Below, in pieces: positions 1 through 9,473 of a stretch of 64,000 nt of DNA; position 1 is the stretch's first letter; the number at the start of each line of letters is the position of its first letter. Below the pieces are notes generated by a model. The model was not told where the DNA came from and made no database searches. It saw only the letters and a program-made list of their open reading frames with translations. Source of the DNA: Candidatus Undinarchaeota archaeon (GTDB lineage Archaea > SpSt-1190 > JASMDC01); assembly GCA_964519305.1 (NCBI GenBank), contig CAZFHY010000012.1, positions 32,001 to 96,000 of the forward strand, in the 5' to 3' direction. A program made the position numbers and the translations under genes.

Positions 1-589
1 CCAGAGCGTTCTTTATACCCTGGCGAAGGAGGTTGATGACGTCCGCCCTACCCTCGACGATGATGATCTCGTCAGAGGTGAGGAGGTTGGGTCCGGAGGG
101 GAGCCTCTCGGGCCCATAGTCCACGAGCTCCTCCACCCTGACCGCCTGCTTGACCTCATCGGAGATCTCCTGGGAGTCGGGGAGGATGTCGCTCATCATC
201 TGGGCCAGCAGCTCCTTGGCGCGGTCCACGATGTACTTGCGCTTGGCCATACGAACGTCCTCGATCCTGCCAACGGCGATCTTGGAAGTGCACGGGCCGA
301 TACGGTCTACTGTCTCGAGAGCCGCAGCGATGATGGCGGTCTCGGACTTGTCGAGCGAAGAAGGGACCATTATGGAACCGATGGACTTTCCTGATCGGCT
401 CTTGAGGGTTACCTCTATCCGGCCGATCCGGCCGCTACGCTGGAGCTCACGAAGCTCTAGGTCCGGGCCTAGGAGTCCTTCGGTCTGGCCGAAGACGGCA
501 CCCACTGCATCGGGCTTCTCCACGATGCCATTGACCTCAATCTCTGCGTTGATAATGTACTTTGCTGCAATCGGGCTGATTTTTCCCAT
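1..589 (-). CDS. dnaG: Archaeal DnaG-like primase / exosome-associated protein (5' part; runs off window start)
   Basis: Manual translation from ATG at 589: [60 protein letters not shown], the archaeal DnaG N-terminus; GGTGA RBS upstream. Not in the ORF track because it is truncated. Confidence 0.95.
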   Translation of the reverse strand, partial: MGKISPIAAKYIINAEIEVNGIVEKPDAVGAVFGQTEGLLGPDLELRELQRSGRIGRIEVTLKSRSGKSIGSIMVPSSLDKSETAIIAAALETVDRIGPCTSKIAVGRIEDVRMAKRKYIVDRAKELLAQMMSDILPDSQEISDEVKQAVRVEELVDYGPERLPSGPNLLTSDEIIIVEGRADVINLLRQGIKNAL

Positions 590-636
590 GTGTATCACCC
601 CTGTGGCAGGGTGCCCATTGGGTAGAAGGGCCGTGC

Positions 637-1032
637 TCACTGGTTACGTAGACGCGCAAGACGCCGTGGAAGTCCCTCGACGTGCGAGGCGCGGGTAAGC
701 CCCCTGAGCCGGTTACGGATGCCTGTTTCGACAATGACGCCGTGTGAGATCAGCAACCTTTCCAGCTCCTGAGCGAGGGAATCCCCCTGATTATCGAAGT
801 CGGTGAGCATGATGGCCTCTTCTGCCTGGATGGACAGAGTCTCCGCCAACATAGGTAGGCTCGTGGCAGCCGAGCCAATCTTATAAACCTTTCCAAGGAC
901 CCCCAAAGAGCGCAATGCGGCCTCGTCCTTCGGTCCTTCGACGATTACAGGGACCCCTTCTTCAGAGAGATTTCGTAGCTGTTCGAGCACCTCATCTATC
1001 CGCTCGAGCACCGGTCGCCGACGGGCCATCAC
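637..1032 (-). CDS. Small TOPRIM domain protein
   Basis: [12 protein letters not shown] and [14 protein letters not shown] motifs; adjacent to dnaG. Confidence 0.85.
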   Translation of the reverse strand: MMARRRPVLERIDEVLEQLRNLSEEGVPVIVEGPKDEAALRSLGVLGKVYKIGSAATSLPMLAETLSIQAEEAIMLTDFDNQGDSLAQELERLLISHGVIVETGIRNRLRGLTRASHVEGLPRRLARLRNQ

Positions 1033-1322
1033 CCCTCACCCAAGACGGTGAGCACCCGGTCCCTGGACACTCCGGGGAGGAACAACCGCTTCCGGCGGGA
1101 GGTCGCGCCTGCCACGAGCGAGGCCTTCACGTCAAAGAGCTCTGAGAGATATGAAACAAGTACGGCGTTCGCCTTTCCCTTCACCGCTCGTGCGGCCACC
1201 CGGACACGCAGGCTGCCCGTCCACTCGTCCCACGCGGTCGAGGCCGCGTCCGCTCCGGGAACGGCATGCACGGCGATGAGACATCCGTCCTCCCTCTCCT
1301 CTATATCGGGAGCGGCGACCAT
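1029..1322 (-). CDS. DUF167 / UPF0235 family protein
   Basis: VHAVPGA...LRVRVAARAVKGKANAVLVSYLSELF...GATSRRK pattern; likely ATG at 1322. Confidence 0.85.
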   Translation of the reverse strand: MVAAPDIEEREDGCLIAVHAVPGADAASTAWDEWTGSLRVRVAARAVKGKANAVLVSYLSELFDVKASLVAGATSRRKRLFLPGVSRDRVLTVLGEG

Positions 1323-1374
1323 AAGTCCGAGGATGTGAGCAAGAGTTAAAAATGGTGCCCGGCTCCCCGCGGCC

Positions 1375-3111
1375 ATGGACGATGACCAGCTGCGACGGCT
1401 CATCCTTACCCATGCACTTGATAATGCTCAGCGCCACGATGGCGCGGCCCAGATCGGTGCGGTCATGGGATCGCTCATGGGGGGGTCCCCGGAGCTACGG
1501 CCCCGTGCCAAGGAGGTAAAAGCGCTCACGCTCGAGATCATCGCTGAGGTCAACGCCATGGACGAGGCCACACGGGAGGCCAAGCACGCCGAGCTAGTTC
1601 CCGAACCCATGGGCAAGAAAGAGAGCAAGCGGACGGGTCTCCCCCCGCTCGCTGGCGCCGAGGACGGGAAAGTTGTCACGCGGTTCCCACCCGAGCCGAA
1701 CGGCTTCCCCCACATCGGTCACGCCTACTCGGCCCTCATCAACTACCTATACGCCAAGATGTACGATGGCAGGCTCGTGCTCCGGTTCGAGGACACCAAT
1801 CCCCGAAAAGAGGAGGTGCGGTACTACGACGCCATCAAGGAAGGCCTCACCTGGCTGGGTATCGAGTGGGACGAGGAGCTTCGGGTGTCGGACGAGATAC
1901 CTCTTATCATAGAGCAGGCCGACAGGCTCCTGCGGGGCGGTCATCTATACATATGCGACTGCCCGGCAGAGACCATCAGCGCCAACCGCCGTGCTGGACG
2001 CCCCTGCAGCCACCGTGACCGGTCCATCGAGGAGAACGTGGCACTGTGGGAGAGCATGAACGCCCGAATGGTCGGCGAAGGTGAGATCGGTGTCCGCCTG
2101 AAGGCGGACATGGAGGCCGAGAACATGGTGATGCGTGACCCTATGATGCTCCGCGTCATCGACCATCCGCATCCTCTGCACGGCGACAAGTACTATGTCT
2201 ACCCGACGTACGACTTCGCCGTGGCCATCCAGGACTCTCGCCGCGGTATAACCCACGTGCTCCGGTCCAACGAGTTCCAGCCGCGCATCGAGCTGCAGGA
2301 GTATATCCGCGGCCTCCTGGGCCTCCCCAATCCCAGGATCATGCAGTACTCACGTTTCTCACTGGAGGGCACTCCGACCTCCAAGCGCCTCATCAAGGCC
2401 CTCCTCGACGAGGGTGTAGTTGAGGGGTGGGACGACCCGCGGCTCTCCACTCTCGCCGGTCTCCGCAGACGTGGTATCGTCCCCAAGACCCTGGAGGACC
2501 TATCCGTCGAGATAGGACCTTCCACCGCAGAGCCCGTGATCAGCTGGAAGCTGCTGGCGGGCATCAACCGCAAGAACATCGATCGCCTCGCGTACCGGGC
2601 CTTCGTCGTCGTGGACGCCATCGAGCTCAACGTCGAGGAGGCTCCCGAGCGGACGGCGCGGTTGAAGCGACATCCGGGCAATCCCGAGATGGGTGAGCGG
2701 ACGTTCGAGACAGGCGCTCTGTTCTGCATAACACGGGAGGACGCGGACAACCTCCAGGAGGGGGACGTGGTCCGCCTCAAGGACCTTTACAACGTCCGCA
2801 TCGAGGGTCGTGACGAGCACACCGGACGCATCCTCGCCGTGTACGACGGCGATGAGGTCGTCCGAGGCATGACCAAGCTCCACTGGGTCCCCAAACGGAC
2901 CGCTGTCAAGGTCCACGTGTACTTCCCGGGGATGCTGGAGGACGGTAACGGTGAGCGGATCGCTGATTCCATGCCCGTCAAGCGTGCTCTTGGCGAGCCC
3001 CCGCTAAAGGTCGCCCATCCCGGCGACCTCGTCCAGATGGAGCGTATGGGCTTTGGCAGGATAGACCGGATAACCGACGGCGTGGTCCACATCATCTACG
3101 CGCATGACTGA
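1375..3111 (+). CDS. gltX: Glutamate--tRNA ligase (archaeal type)
   Basis: TRFPPEPNGFPHIGH, LRFEDTNP, YPTYDFA, GWDDPRL motifs. Confidence 0.97.
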   Translation: MDDDQLRRLILTHALDNAQRHDGAAQIGAVMGSLMGGSPELRPRAKEVKALTLEIIAEVNAMDEATREAKHAELVPEPMGKKESKRTGLPPLAGAEDGKVVTRFPPEPNGFPHIGHAYSALINYLYAKMYDGRLVLRFEDTNPRKEEVRYYDAIKEGLTWLGIEWDEELRVSDEIPLIIEQADRLLRGGHLYICDCPAETISANRRAGRPCSHRDRSIEENVALWESMNARMVGEGEIGVRLKADMEAENMVMRDPMMLRVIDHPHPLHGDKYYVYPTYDFAVAIQDSRRGITHVLRSNEFQPRIELQEYIRGLLGLPNPRIMQYSRFSLEGTPTSKRLIKALLDEGVVEGWDDPRLSTLAGLRRRGIVPKTLEDLSVEIGPSTAEPVISWKLLAGINRKNIDRLAYRAFVVVDAIELNVEEAPERTARLKRHPGNPEMGERTFETGALFCITREDADNLQEGDVVRLKDLYNVRIEGRDEHTGRILAVYDGDEVVRGMTKLHWVPKRTAVKVHVYFPGMLEDGNGERIADSMPVKRALGEPPLKVAHPGDLVQMERMGFGRIDRITDGVVHIIYAHD

Positions 3112-3152
3112 GCACAGTAGCGGACTGCGCCCACGTCATTCGTTCCGGGCGT

Positions 3153-3896
3153 CTACTGCTCTTCCTGCTCGGGTTCCTTCTGCACACCGATCATCGGGAA
3201 GTGGTGGCCGTGGGCGGCCTTCTCATAGGCTTGTGCCACGTAGAGGAAGTTCTCATCGTCCATCTCCTCGGCGAGCTCGCGGGCGCGGAGGTTGAGCGTC
3301 TGGTAGGCAAGGGACTTCTCGGCCATCTTGTCCATGATCCGCTCCCTGACGTCCTTGGGCGGGACGATCTTCCGGAAGAAGCTGAGCTGGCCGATCTCCC
3401 GATGGATCTCAGCATCGATACTAGGTATGTCGAGATCGTTGTACAGGTCATGTAGCTCGGACAGACCCTCGGACTTCTCGGCATGGCCTTTGACGATGTT
3501 CTTCTCAAGGCGCTGTCCCTCCTTCATGAGACCGTAGGACTTGAACGCGTCGACAGCGTTCATGGCGGAGACGACCAGACCGTAGGGATAGAGGAAATAG
3601 CCCCAGATAGCTGCTCCAAAAGCATCGCTCTTGATCTTCGCAACAGCGGAATCCTGTGTGTTCTTGGACAACGTGCGGAGTTCGTTCACATCGTAGGTGG
3701 ATCCTGATTCGGTGTAGAGAGTATAAGAGGCGCCATCCTGTTCGAGGGCATCGTTGAGGTTGTGAAGGACATCCTTGTACGTGGGCCCTTTGCTGAACAC
3801 ACCGGGGGGCTCCATCCGCGGTTCGGCCACCACATAGGTGTTCAGACCGGGGACATCGTAGATCTCGATATTCTCAGTTTCGATGATGTCTTCCAT
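3153..3896 (-). CDS. Hypothetical acidic protein with one central hydrophobic segment
   Basis: Long ORF with host-like codon use; TATA-like element near 3940-3950; likely start MEDIIETENIEIYD. Confidence 0.7.
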   Translation of the reverse strand: MEDIIETENIEIYDVPGLNTYVVAEPRMEPPGVFSKGPTYKDVLHNLNDALEQDGASYTLYTESGSTYDVNELRTLSKNTQDSAVAKIKSDAFGAAIWGYFLYPYGLVVSAMNAVDAFKSYGLMKEGQRLEKNIVKGHAEKSEGLSELHDLYNDLDIPSIDAEIHREIGQLSFFRKIVPPKDVRERIMDKMAEKSLAYQTLNLRARELAEEMDDENFLYVAQAYEKAAHGHHFPMIGVQKEPEQEEQ

Positions 3897-4179
3897 GATA
3901 ATCACTCTCTTATGGAGCGCGGGAGCCCGAAGACCGTCTTTTATAGTTTTCCTTTCGACGTGCGCCCCCATCGCTGACCAGGGAGGTTGTTTGGATAGTC
4001 TAATCTACAAGCTCCTGTTTTGGCCCACAGGATCCAGAAGTCTGATCTACACTAACGTATGAGTCAACCACTGCATCCGACCTGGAAGTACAGATGTGAG
4101 TATATTGTAGTGAGCCACTGGCGCCAACAAATACCTCGCACGATCGTCGAACGACGAGAACGAAGCAATATCGGGGCTT

Positions 4180-4287
4180 CTAGATGCGGCGCGCCTTGCG
4201 CTGCATCTTACGGCGCCGCTTCTTGCGCCACTTCCAGCGGCTCTTCTTGCCGACCCGCTTCTTCCATGGGTGACTTGTTTTCGACAA
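4180..4287 (-). CDS. rpl41e: Ribosomal protein eS32 (eL41)
   Basis: TTG-start 35 aa MSKTSHPWKKRVGKKSRWKWRKKRRRKMQRKARRI with GAGTGA RBS; WKK...RWKW.KKR pattern of archaeal eL41. Confidence 0.8.
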   Translation of the reverse strand: MSKTSHPWKKRVGKKSRWKWRKKRRRKMQRKARRI

Positions 4288-4401
4288 GTTATATCACTCG
4301 TAAGCGACTGTGGAGTGGATAGCTCTTTTAAGGGTTTCGGCTCGGGCGGGCCCCGAGGGAAGATACATAAAGATTTGCCCACTCGAAAGTCAAGCCTTCA
4401 T

Positions 4402-4476
4402 GGGCTCGTGGTGTAGTTTGGATAGCATGGGGGCTTGCGGAGCCTCAGATCGCGGGTTCAAATCCTGCCGGGCCCA
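4402..4476 (+). tRNA. tRNA-Arg(GCG)
   Basis: Acceptor GGGCTCG/CGGGCCC, anticodon arm GGGGC-TTGCGGA-GCCTC, T-arm GCGGG-TTCAAAT-CCTGC; no intron, CCA not encoded. Confidence 0.95.
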
Positions 4477-4477
4477 T

Positions 4478-4500
4478 CCGGGGGGGACCTTCCCCCCCGG
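4478..4500. terminator. GC hairpin downstream of tRNA
   Basis: CCGGGGGGG-ACCTT-CCCCCCCGG inverted repeat. Confidence 0.5.
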
Positions 4501-4846
4501 TTAACACCCACTTAACAGTCGTAGGACTCGTCGCCATTTTCACGCGCTCAGGTTAGTTTTTACCAGCTCATACAGGTAAGAATCGCTGTACGGGATACAT
4601 GCCCTATAGTCCAGCACACTATATATAGCATCGAAGTATGCGGTCCGAACGAGGCCTTTTGGGGGATATAGATGTACTGAACTCCCACTCCGGAGATAAA
4701 TCGAAAGCCAAGAATCTTAATAAGGCTTAATAACGCTTAATTAGGTGAATTAAGCCATATTCGTGCGATTTAGGCGCACAGGCGACGGAAAAGCTTATAA
4801 ACAGGTATTCGATGGTTCGCTATTAGTAAGAAAGCAGGTGACAATC

Positions 4847-5038
4847 ATGCTCATCATCGATCCGGAAATGTACGATGCCTACCAGGCCACTCATGGCGTA
4901 GTAGGCGCCGAGCCCAATACCATCTTGGACATGGGCTTTGGTAACTACAATCCCTTCGATAGATCCGAGAACGACTACGTCGTTAAGGGTTACTGGGAGC
5001 CTGTCTACCAGCCCGAAGAGGACCTTGACAAATATTAG
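4847..5038 (+). CDS. Small acidic protein, MLIIDPEM family copy 1 (63 aa)
   Basis: AGGTGA RBS, TATA at about 4795, paralog at 5356. Confidence 0.8.
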   Translation: MLIIDPEMYDAYQATHGVVGAEPNTILDMGFGNYNPFDRSENDYVVKGYWEPVYQPEEDLDKY

Positions 5039-5069
5039 ATATCATTCTTTTTTCCGTACCCCGTCCCCC

Positions 5070-5110
5070 ATCGATCCCGCCTCCCCGGCGGGATCGATAC
5101 CCCCCTTTTC
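5070..5110 (+). terminator. 12-bp stem-loop plus C/T tract
   Basis: ATCGATCCCGCC-TCCCC-GGCGGGATCGAT then CCCCCCTTTT. Confidence 0.65.
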
Positions 5111-5355
5111 CCAATCGCCTCCCTGTGTGAGCTGTTCCCCACGTCACAGGTGTTAAAGTAGCGTTAAGATGGACCGTTCCGACAATATGTCGTATCACAC
5201 AAGTATGCGGTCCGAACGAACTTCTAATAACCCTTAATATTACTTAATTTGGCGAATTAAGCCATATTCGTGCGATTTAGCCTCATAGGCAAAGGAAAAC
5301 CTTATAAACCGGCCAAGAATGGTGTGAGAACCGTCCGAAAAAAAAGGTGAACGCG

Positions 5356-5550
5356 ATGCTAATCATCGATCCTGAGATGTTCGAGGCGTACCAGCGCACC
5401 CATGGTGAGCTGGGCACTGAGCCCCGACCGGAGTTGGATCCGGGTTTTGGGGACCTCGATATATTCAGGAACGATCTGTCCGAGCATCCGATGTACGGGG
5501 AACAGGACCATAAGGACGACCCGTACAAACAGGAGGACACGTATCACTGA
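5356..5550 (+). CDS. Small acidic protein, MLIIDPEM family copy 2 (64 aa)
   Basis: AGGTGA RBS, TATA at about 5302; MLIIDPEMFEAYQRTHG...DPGFG similar to copy 1. Confidence 0.8.
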   Translation: MLIIDPEMFEAYQRTHGELGTEPRPELDPGFGDLDIFRNDLSEHPMYGEQDHKDDPYKQEDTYH

Positions 5551-5581
5551 TCATACTTTTTTATCCGTACCCCGTCCCCCC

Positions 5582-5620
5582 AACGGCCCCGTCCTCGTGG
5601 CGGGGCCGTTCCCCCCTTTT
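5582..5620 (+). terminator. 12-bp stem-loop plus C/T tract
   Basis: AACGGCCCCGTC-CTCGT-GGCGGGGCCGTT then CCCCCCTTTT. Confidence 0.65.
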
Positions 5621-5914
5621 TCCTTGCTTATCCCGCCCGGATATATCTATCTTCACGGGAAGGCCCTTCGCTTGAACGCCGTTCCATCCGTATTAAGTAT
5701 TAACAAACCCCGATCACCAACAGTACACGTAGGTCAACTGAAAAAAGCCTACGGATTTCGTAATCCCTGCAGCCCCACCTACGAGACGCCATGAGGTGTG
5801 CGGTTAAAAGACAGACGGAAAGACAATCCTTTTAAGGCGACCATGACTCGTGGCCACCGCCCGCATGGGCAAGCAAAAAAAGATGCATAGAATGGAACAA
5901 AGGAGGAATGCGAA

Positions 5915-6061
5915 ATGCTTTCACTGGTTCCCGGCCCGATGAACATCCAGCGGCCCATCGATACAATGACCCTACAACACTACACGAGCGACGAGTACGA
6001 CCACCCAGAGGTCAAAGCACCTCTAAACCGTTTTCTTGATGATGACCTGACCACGTTCTAG
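5915..6061 (+). CDS. Putative small acidic protein (48 aa)
   Basis: AGGAGG RBS then MLSLVPGPMNIQRPIDTMTLQHYTSDEYDHPEVKAPLNRFLDDDLTTF; TTTTAA element near 5830. Confidence 0.5.
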   Translation: MLSLVPGPMNIQRPIDTMTLQHYTSDEYDHPEVKAPLNRFLDDDLTTF

Positions 6062-6088
6062 ACGATCCACGGATATGTCAGAACAGGC

Positions 6089-7450
6089 TCATTCCTGTTT
6101 CTGCGGGGGCCCGTCACCGACACGCGCCCACACATCACCCAAGTGGTTGACAAGGACTATGTCGTCCTTGGCCTTCTTCTCCAGCCCCTCCAGCAGATCC
6201 AGCGTGCGCTCGATCTCGGAACGGGCTGCAATAGGTCCGGCCGCAGGATCGTAGATGTCCTGCCAGACAAGACGGATGAACACCGCCCGCCCCGGAGTGC
6301 GGAGGTCATAGAGATGGAGATACTCCCGGGTCAGAGTACTGCGCAGCCCACAACACCAGAGGAACTCCACTTCCACAGTGCCATCGAGCACGGCCGAGAG
6401 CTCGCCCTTGCTCTGGGGTACGATTATCTCCCCCTCTACATCCTTACGGGGTACTACGAAGAACCATTGATCCATGCGAACGGGATCGTCCGGTACCGGG
6501 AACGCTGTCAGCGCGCGTTCGCCCAGGTGTGTCCTGATGAGATCGAGCACGTTCGGAGCCGCCAGGTCGTGGCGGCGCCGGAACTCGGCGGCTTCCTTCA
6601 GGCTCTCCAAGAGGTTCTTGACGCGCTGGTCCTCCTCGTCGAGCCCCAAGGCCATCTGTGCGCACTCTACGGCACGGTCCAGCTTCCCGAGCTCGTCGCT
6701 GCATACCGCCAGGTTCAACCATGCCTCGCGGAACGACGGGTCCAGGGCCACGGCCCGCTCGAAATCCTGGACCGCACCCTTGAGCTCTCGACGCTCCATA
6801 TGGAGGGCACCGAGATGGAAGTGTGCATCGCTGCTGTTCGGATCGGCCTCAATGGCCTTGTGATAGGCGGCCCTCGCGCCGTCGACATCCCCCGAACGTA
6901 ACAGGCAGAGGCCCAGGTCGAGCCATCCCTCGATGAGGGTGGACCGCATCCCTACAGCACGTTCGAAGGCCTCACGTGCCTCCTGCCATTTCCCGAGAGA
7001 GGCGAGGCCGACACCGAGGTTGAGCCAGAACTCGGCCCGTGCGTCGTCGATGGACAAGGCCATACGGGAGCACATCACTGCCTCCTGATGCTTGTTCTCC
7101 TCCACGAGCCAGATGGCGAGGTTGTTCCAGGCCACGCAGTCCTGGGGGTTCTTCTCGATGGCCTTGCGGCAGGCCATCTCGGCGCGTGTGTACTTCCCCT
7201 CACCTGCGAAGTAGAGGGCGAGGTAGTCGTAGGCCTCGTTCTCCGGATTGGACTCGAGAAGGCGCTTGAAGCACCGCCGCGCACCCTTCTCGTCCCCGAG
7301 CTCCCCCAGGGCGAAGCCTAGGTAGATGAGCACTTCCGGTGCGTCTGGTTCGATACGGAGAGCGGTCCGCAGCAATCGGGCGGCCTCCTCGTACTCCCCA
7401 TTGCGGTAGTGCTCCTTCCCATCGAGGAGGAACACGCTCTTGGCGCCCAC
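6089..7450 (-). CDS. Tetratricopeptide repeat protein with unknown C-terminal domain
   Basis: Multiple TPR units (AWNNLA, FWLNLG, AHFHLG, AWLNLA); probable GTG start at 7450. Confidence 0.85.
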   Translation of the reverse strand: MGAKSVFLLDGKEHYRNGEYEEAARLLRTALRIEPDAPEVLIYLGFALGELGDEKGARRCFKRLLESNPENEAYDYLALYFAGEGKYTRAEMACRKAIEKNPQDCVAWNNLAIWLVEENKHQEAVMCSRMALSIDDARAEFWLNLGVGLASLGKWQEAREAFERAVGMRSTLIEGWLDLGLCLLRSGDVDGARAAYHKAIEADPNSSDAHFHLGALHMERRELKGAVQDFERAVALDPSFREAWLNLAVCSDELGKLDRAVECAQMALGLDEEDQRVKNLLESLKEAAEFRRRHDLAAPNVLDLIRTHLGERALTAFPVPDDPVRMDQWFFVVPRKDVEGEIIVPQSKGELSAVLDGTVEVEFLWCCGLRSTLTREYLHLYDLRTPGRAVFIRLVWQDIYDPAAGPIAARSEIERTLDLLEGLEKKAKDDIVLVNHLGDVWARVGDGPPQKQE

Positions 7451-7501
7451 GCCACGCTTCGGATGGCCAATTATATAAAGGCCCACGGCAGAGGTCCCGG
7501 C

Positions 7502-8191
7502 ATGAAGAAGGCGGTCATCCTCCTCTCCGGCGGTATGGATTCATGCGTTACGGCGGCCATCGCCCGTGACCAGGGCTACGAGCTGTGCTTCCTCCATCTC
7601 ACCTACGGTCAGCTCACCAGCGAGCGTGAGCGTCGGGCGTTCGATGCCATCGCCGACCACTGGAGTGTCCGCGAGCGTCTCGTCGTCTCCACAGATCACC
7701 TCTCCCGGATCGGGGGTTCCTCGCTCACCGATCCATCCCTGAAAGTGACCGACGCGGATCTGGAGGCGGACGATATCCCCGACTCCTACGTCCCCTTCCG
7801 CAACGCGAACATCCTTGCCATGGCGGTGAGCTGGGCAGAGGTCCTGGGTGCCGAGGCGGTGTTCATCGGTGCCGTCGACGAGGATTCGTCCGGCTACCCT
7901 GACTGCCGTCCTGCGTTCTACGATGCGTTCAACCGTGTCATCGAGCTGGGCACGCGCCCTGAGACGAACATCTCCATCAGGACGCCCATCATAAAGATGT
8001 CAAAGCCACAGATCATCCGCGAGGGGCTGCGTCTCGATGCACCGCTCCACCTCACGTGGTCGTGCTACCGCGCGGAGGACAAGGCCTGCGGTACGTGCGA
8101 CTCGTGCGCCCTGCGTCTCCGTGCCTTCGAGGAGCTCGGGGAGAATGATCCCATCCCCTACCATGAGCGGCCGAGCTATCTCAAGAAGTGA
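7502..8191 (+). CDS. queC: 7-cyano-7-deazaguanine synthase
   Basis: [23 protein letters not shown]...[10 protein letters not shown]. Confidence 0.97.
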   Translation: MKKAVILLSGGMDSCVTAAIARDQGYELCFLHLTYGQLTSERERRAFDAIADHWSVRERLVVSTDHLSRIGGSSLTDPSLKVTDADLEADDIPDSYVPFRNANILAMAVSWAEVLGAEAVFIGAVDEDSSGYPDCRPAFYDAFNRVIELGTRPETNISIRTPIIKMSKPQIIREGLRLDAPLHLTWSCYRAEDKACGTCDSCALRLRAFEELGENDPIPYHERPSYLKK

Positions 8192-8936
8192 TACGCTGCT
8201 CCTGAACTCCCATCTCGCGCACACCGTGCTCGAGCAGCGGGAGGAGATTGCGCAGGTCCTCGATGTTGTACTTCACGAGCGTGTCGAGCGCATGAGGATC
8301 TCCGTTCTTGTGCGCGTACCAGAGCCTAACTGCATCCCGGCCGGACAGACCGTCGGTCTCATCGCTCCGCTGGACACCGAGCTCGTGCTCGATGGATTTC
8401 AGACCTCCGCTGAGCCCCAGACGTCGCAGGAAGAAGCAAAGGTCGATGTGGAACGGGGGGAACCTCGCGTCAGGGTAGCGGTCGCGAAGGAACGGGACAT
8501 CGAACCCGGAGCCGTAGAACGTCACGAGGATGGTCTTTGAACCGACCACATCGACGAAGTCGTCAAGGTCCTGGCCCGCGACGAATACATGGGGCTCTCC
8601 CTTTCCGTCCCAGGTACCGACGACCGACACCTCCGCTGACCGCGAGAGACCGGTGGTCTCAATATCGAGGAACAGTGCCTCGTCAGCTAGCTCGGGCCAG
8701 GCTCGCCAGTGATCGCTCATAGGGAGCTCGCGACCCAGCCACGCCCAGTCACGTGCATCGTACCGCCGCACGGCCTCGTCAGTCCATTCGAGAAGGTGTT
8801 GCCACGTGGTCGTGCCTATAGGAGGTCGGCCCTCCCAGGAGAGGATATCGCCCCATGTACGGACACCGGCATCGAGGAGCTTGCACCGTGATCCACGACC
8901 CAGACCTTGTACGTGCTTGATGGCGGTGTCGAGCAT
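8181..8936 (-). CDS. YprB-like RNase H-fold exonuclease
   Basis: [39 protein letters not shown]. Confidence 0.9.
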   Translation of the reverse strand: MLDTAIKHVQGLGRGSRCKLLDAGVRTWGDILSWEGRPPIGTTTWQHLLEWTDEAVRRYDARDWAWLGRELPMSDHWRAWPELADEALFLDIETTGLSRSAEVSVVGTWDGKGEPHVFVAGQDLDDFVDVVGSKTILVTFYGSGFDVPFLRDRYPDARFPPFHIDLCFFLRRLGLSGGLKSIEHELGVQRSDETDGLSGRDAVRLWYAHKNGDPHALDTLVKYNIEDLRNLLPLLEHGVREMGVQEQRITS

Positions 8937-8997
8937 ATCGCCACGGATGGGGGGCCTATGAATATAAAGTCCTCGGCGGTGGCGGGCCGGTACCCGA

Positions 8998-9435
8998 TCA
9001 CTTGTGGTCGTGGCCGCAACCGCAGCCCTTGCCGTGTTTGTGCTCGTGCTGCATCTTGGCGAACTGCTTGCGCTCCTCTATGAGGTGGGTGATGAGATGC
9101 TCGACCGTCCACTCGACGTTCGATTCGGTGAGTATACAGAAAATTGGCCGCTGCAGGCTCTCGCTCACCGGGAACCGGACGATCGCCTCGTGCATCTGGT
9201 CGCGGTCGAAGCCCAGGAACATGCAGAGCTGGTCGTCCCTCACTTCGAATGCACCTCCAGGACCATCGTCGATCACGGCGAACACGGAGTCCCCTGTACG
9301 CCCATCTGCGCCGATTACGTCCACAGGCCCTCCGATCGCCTTGCTGAGGGCATCCTTGATGACCTCCGCCTGGTCCTTGTCATAGCCGTAGATCATGATT
9401 GCCGGCCGTGTGCCAGCTGGCGCGGGTTCTTCCAT
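8998..9435 (-). CDS. DUF3783-like protein with His/Cys-rich tail
   Basis: RPIFCILTESNVEWTVEHLITHLIEE pattern; tail HEHKHGKGCGCGHDH. Confidence 0.7.
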   Translation of the reverse strand: MEEPAPAGTRPAIMIYGYDKDQAEVIKDALSKAIGGPVDVIGADGRTGDSVFAVIDDGPGGAFEVRDDQLCMFLGFDRDQMHEAIVRFPVSESLQRPIFCILTESNVEWTVEHLITHLIEERKQFAKMQHEHKHGKGCGCGHDHK

Positions 9436-9473
9436 GGCCTCCAACCACTCAGCAGGGCTTTAATGTGTTTGCC

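Larger units (their letters stand above)
4634..5620 (+). repeat. Two-copy tandem cassette (upstream boxes + micro-ORF + hairpin)
   Basis: Identical AAGTATGCGGTCCGAACGA (4634, 5201) and GAATTAAGCCATATTCGTGCGATTTAG (4747, 5254); paralogous ORFs; matching 3' TCCGTACCCCGTCCCCC-hairpin-CCCCCCTTTT. Confidence 0.9.

Noticed and set aside
150-698. 182-aa plus-strand ORF
   Set aside because: Antisense shadow of dnaG.
4600-5320. Replication origin in the AT-rich duplicated region
   Set aside because: No recognisable ORB consensus and no adjacent cdc6/orc1; the repeats are positioned as promoter elements of small ORFs.
4402-6061. Integrated element at tRNA-Arg
   Set aside because: No integrase and no duplicated tRNA 3' end (att site) seen in the window.
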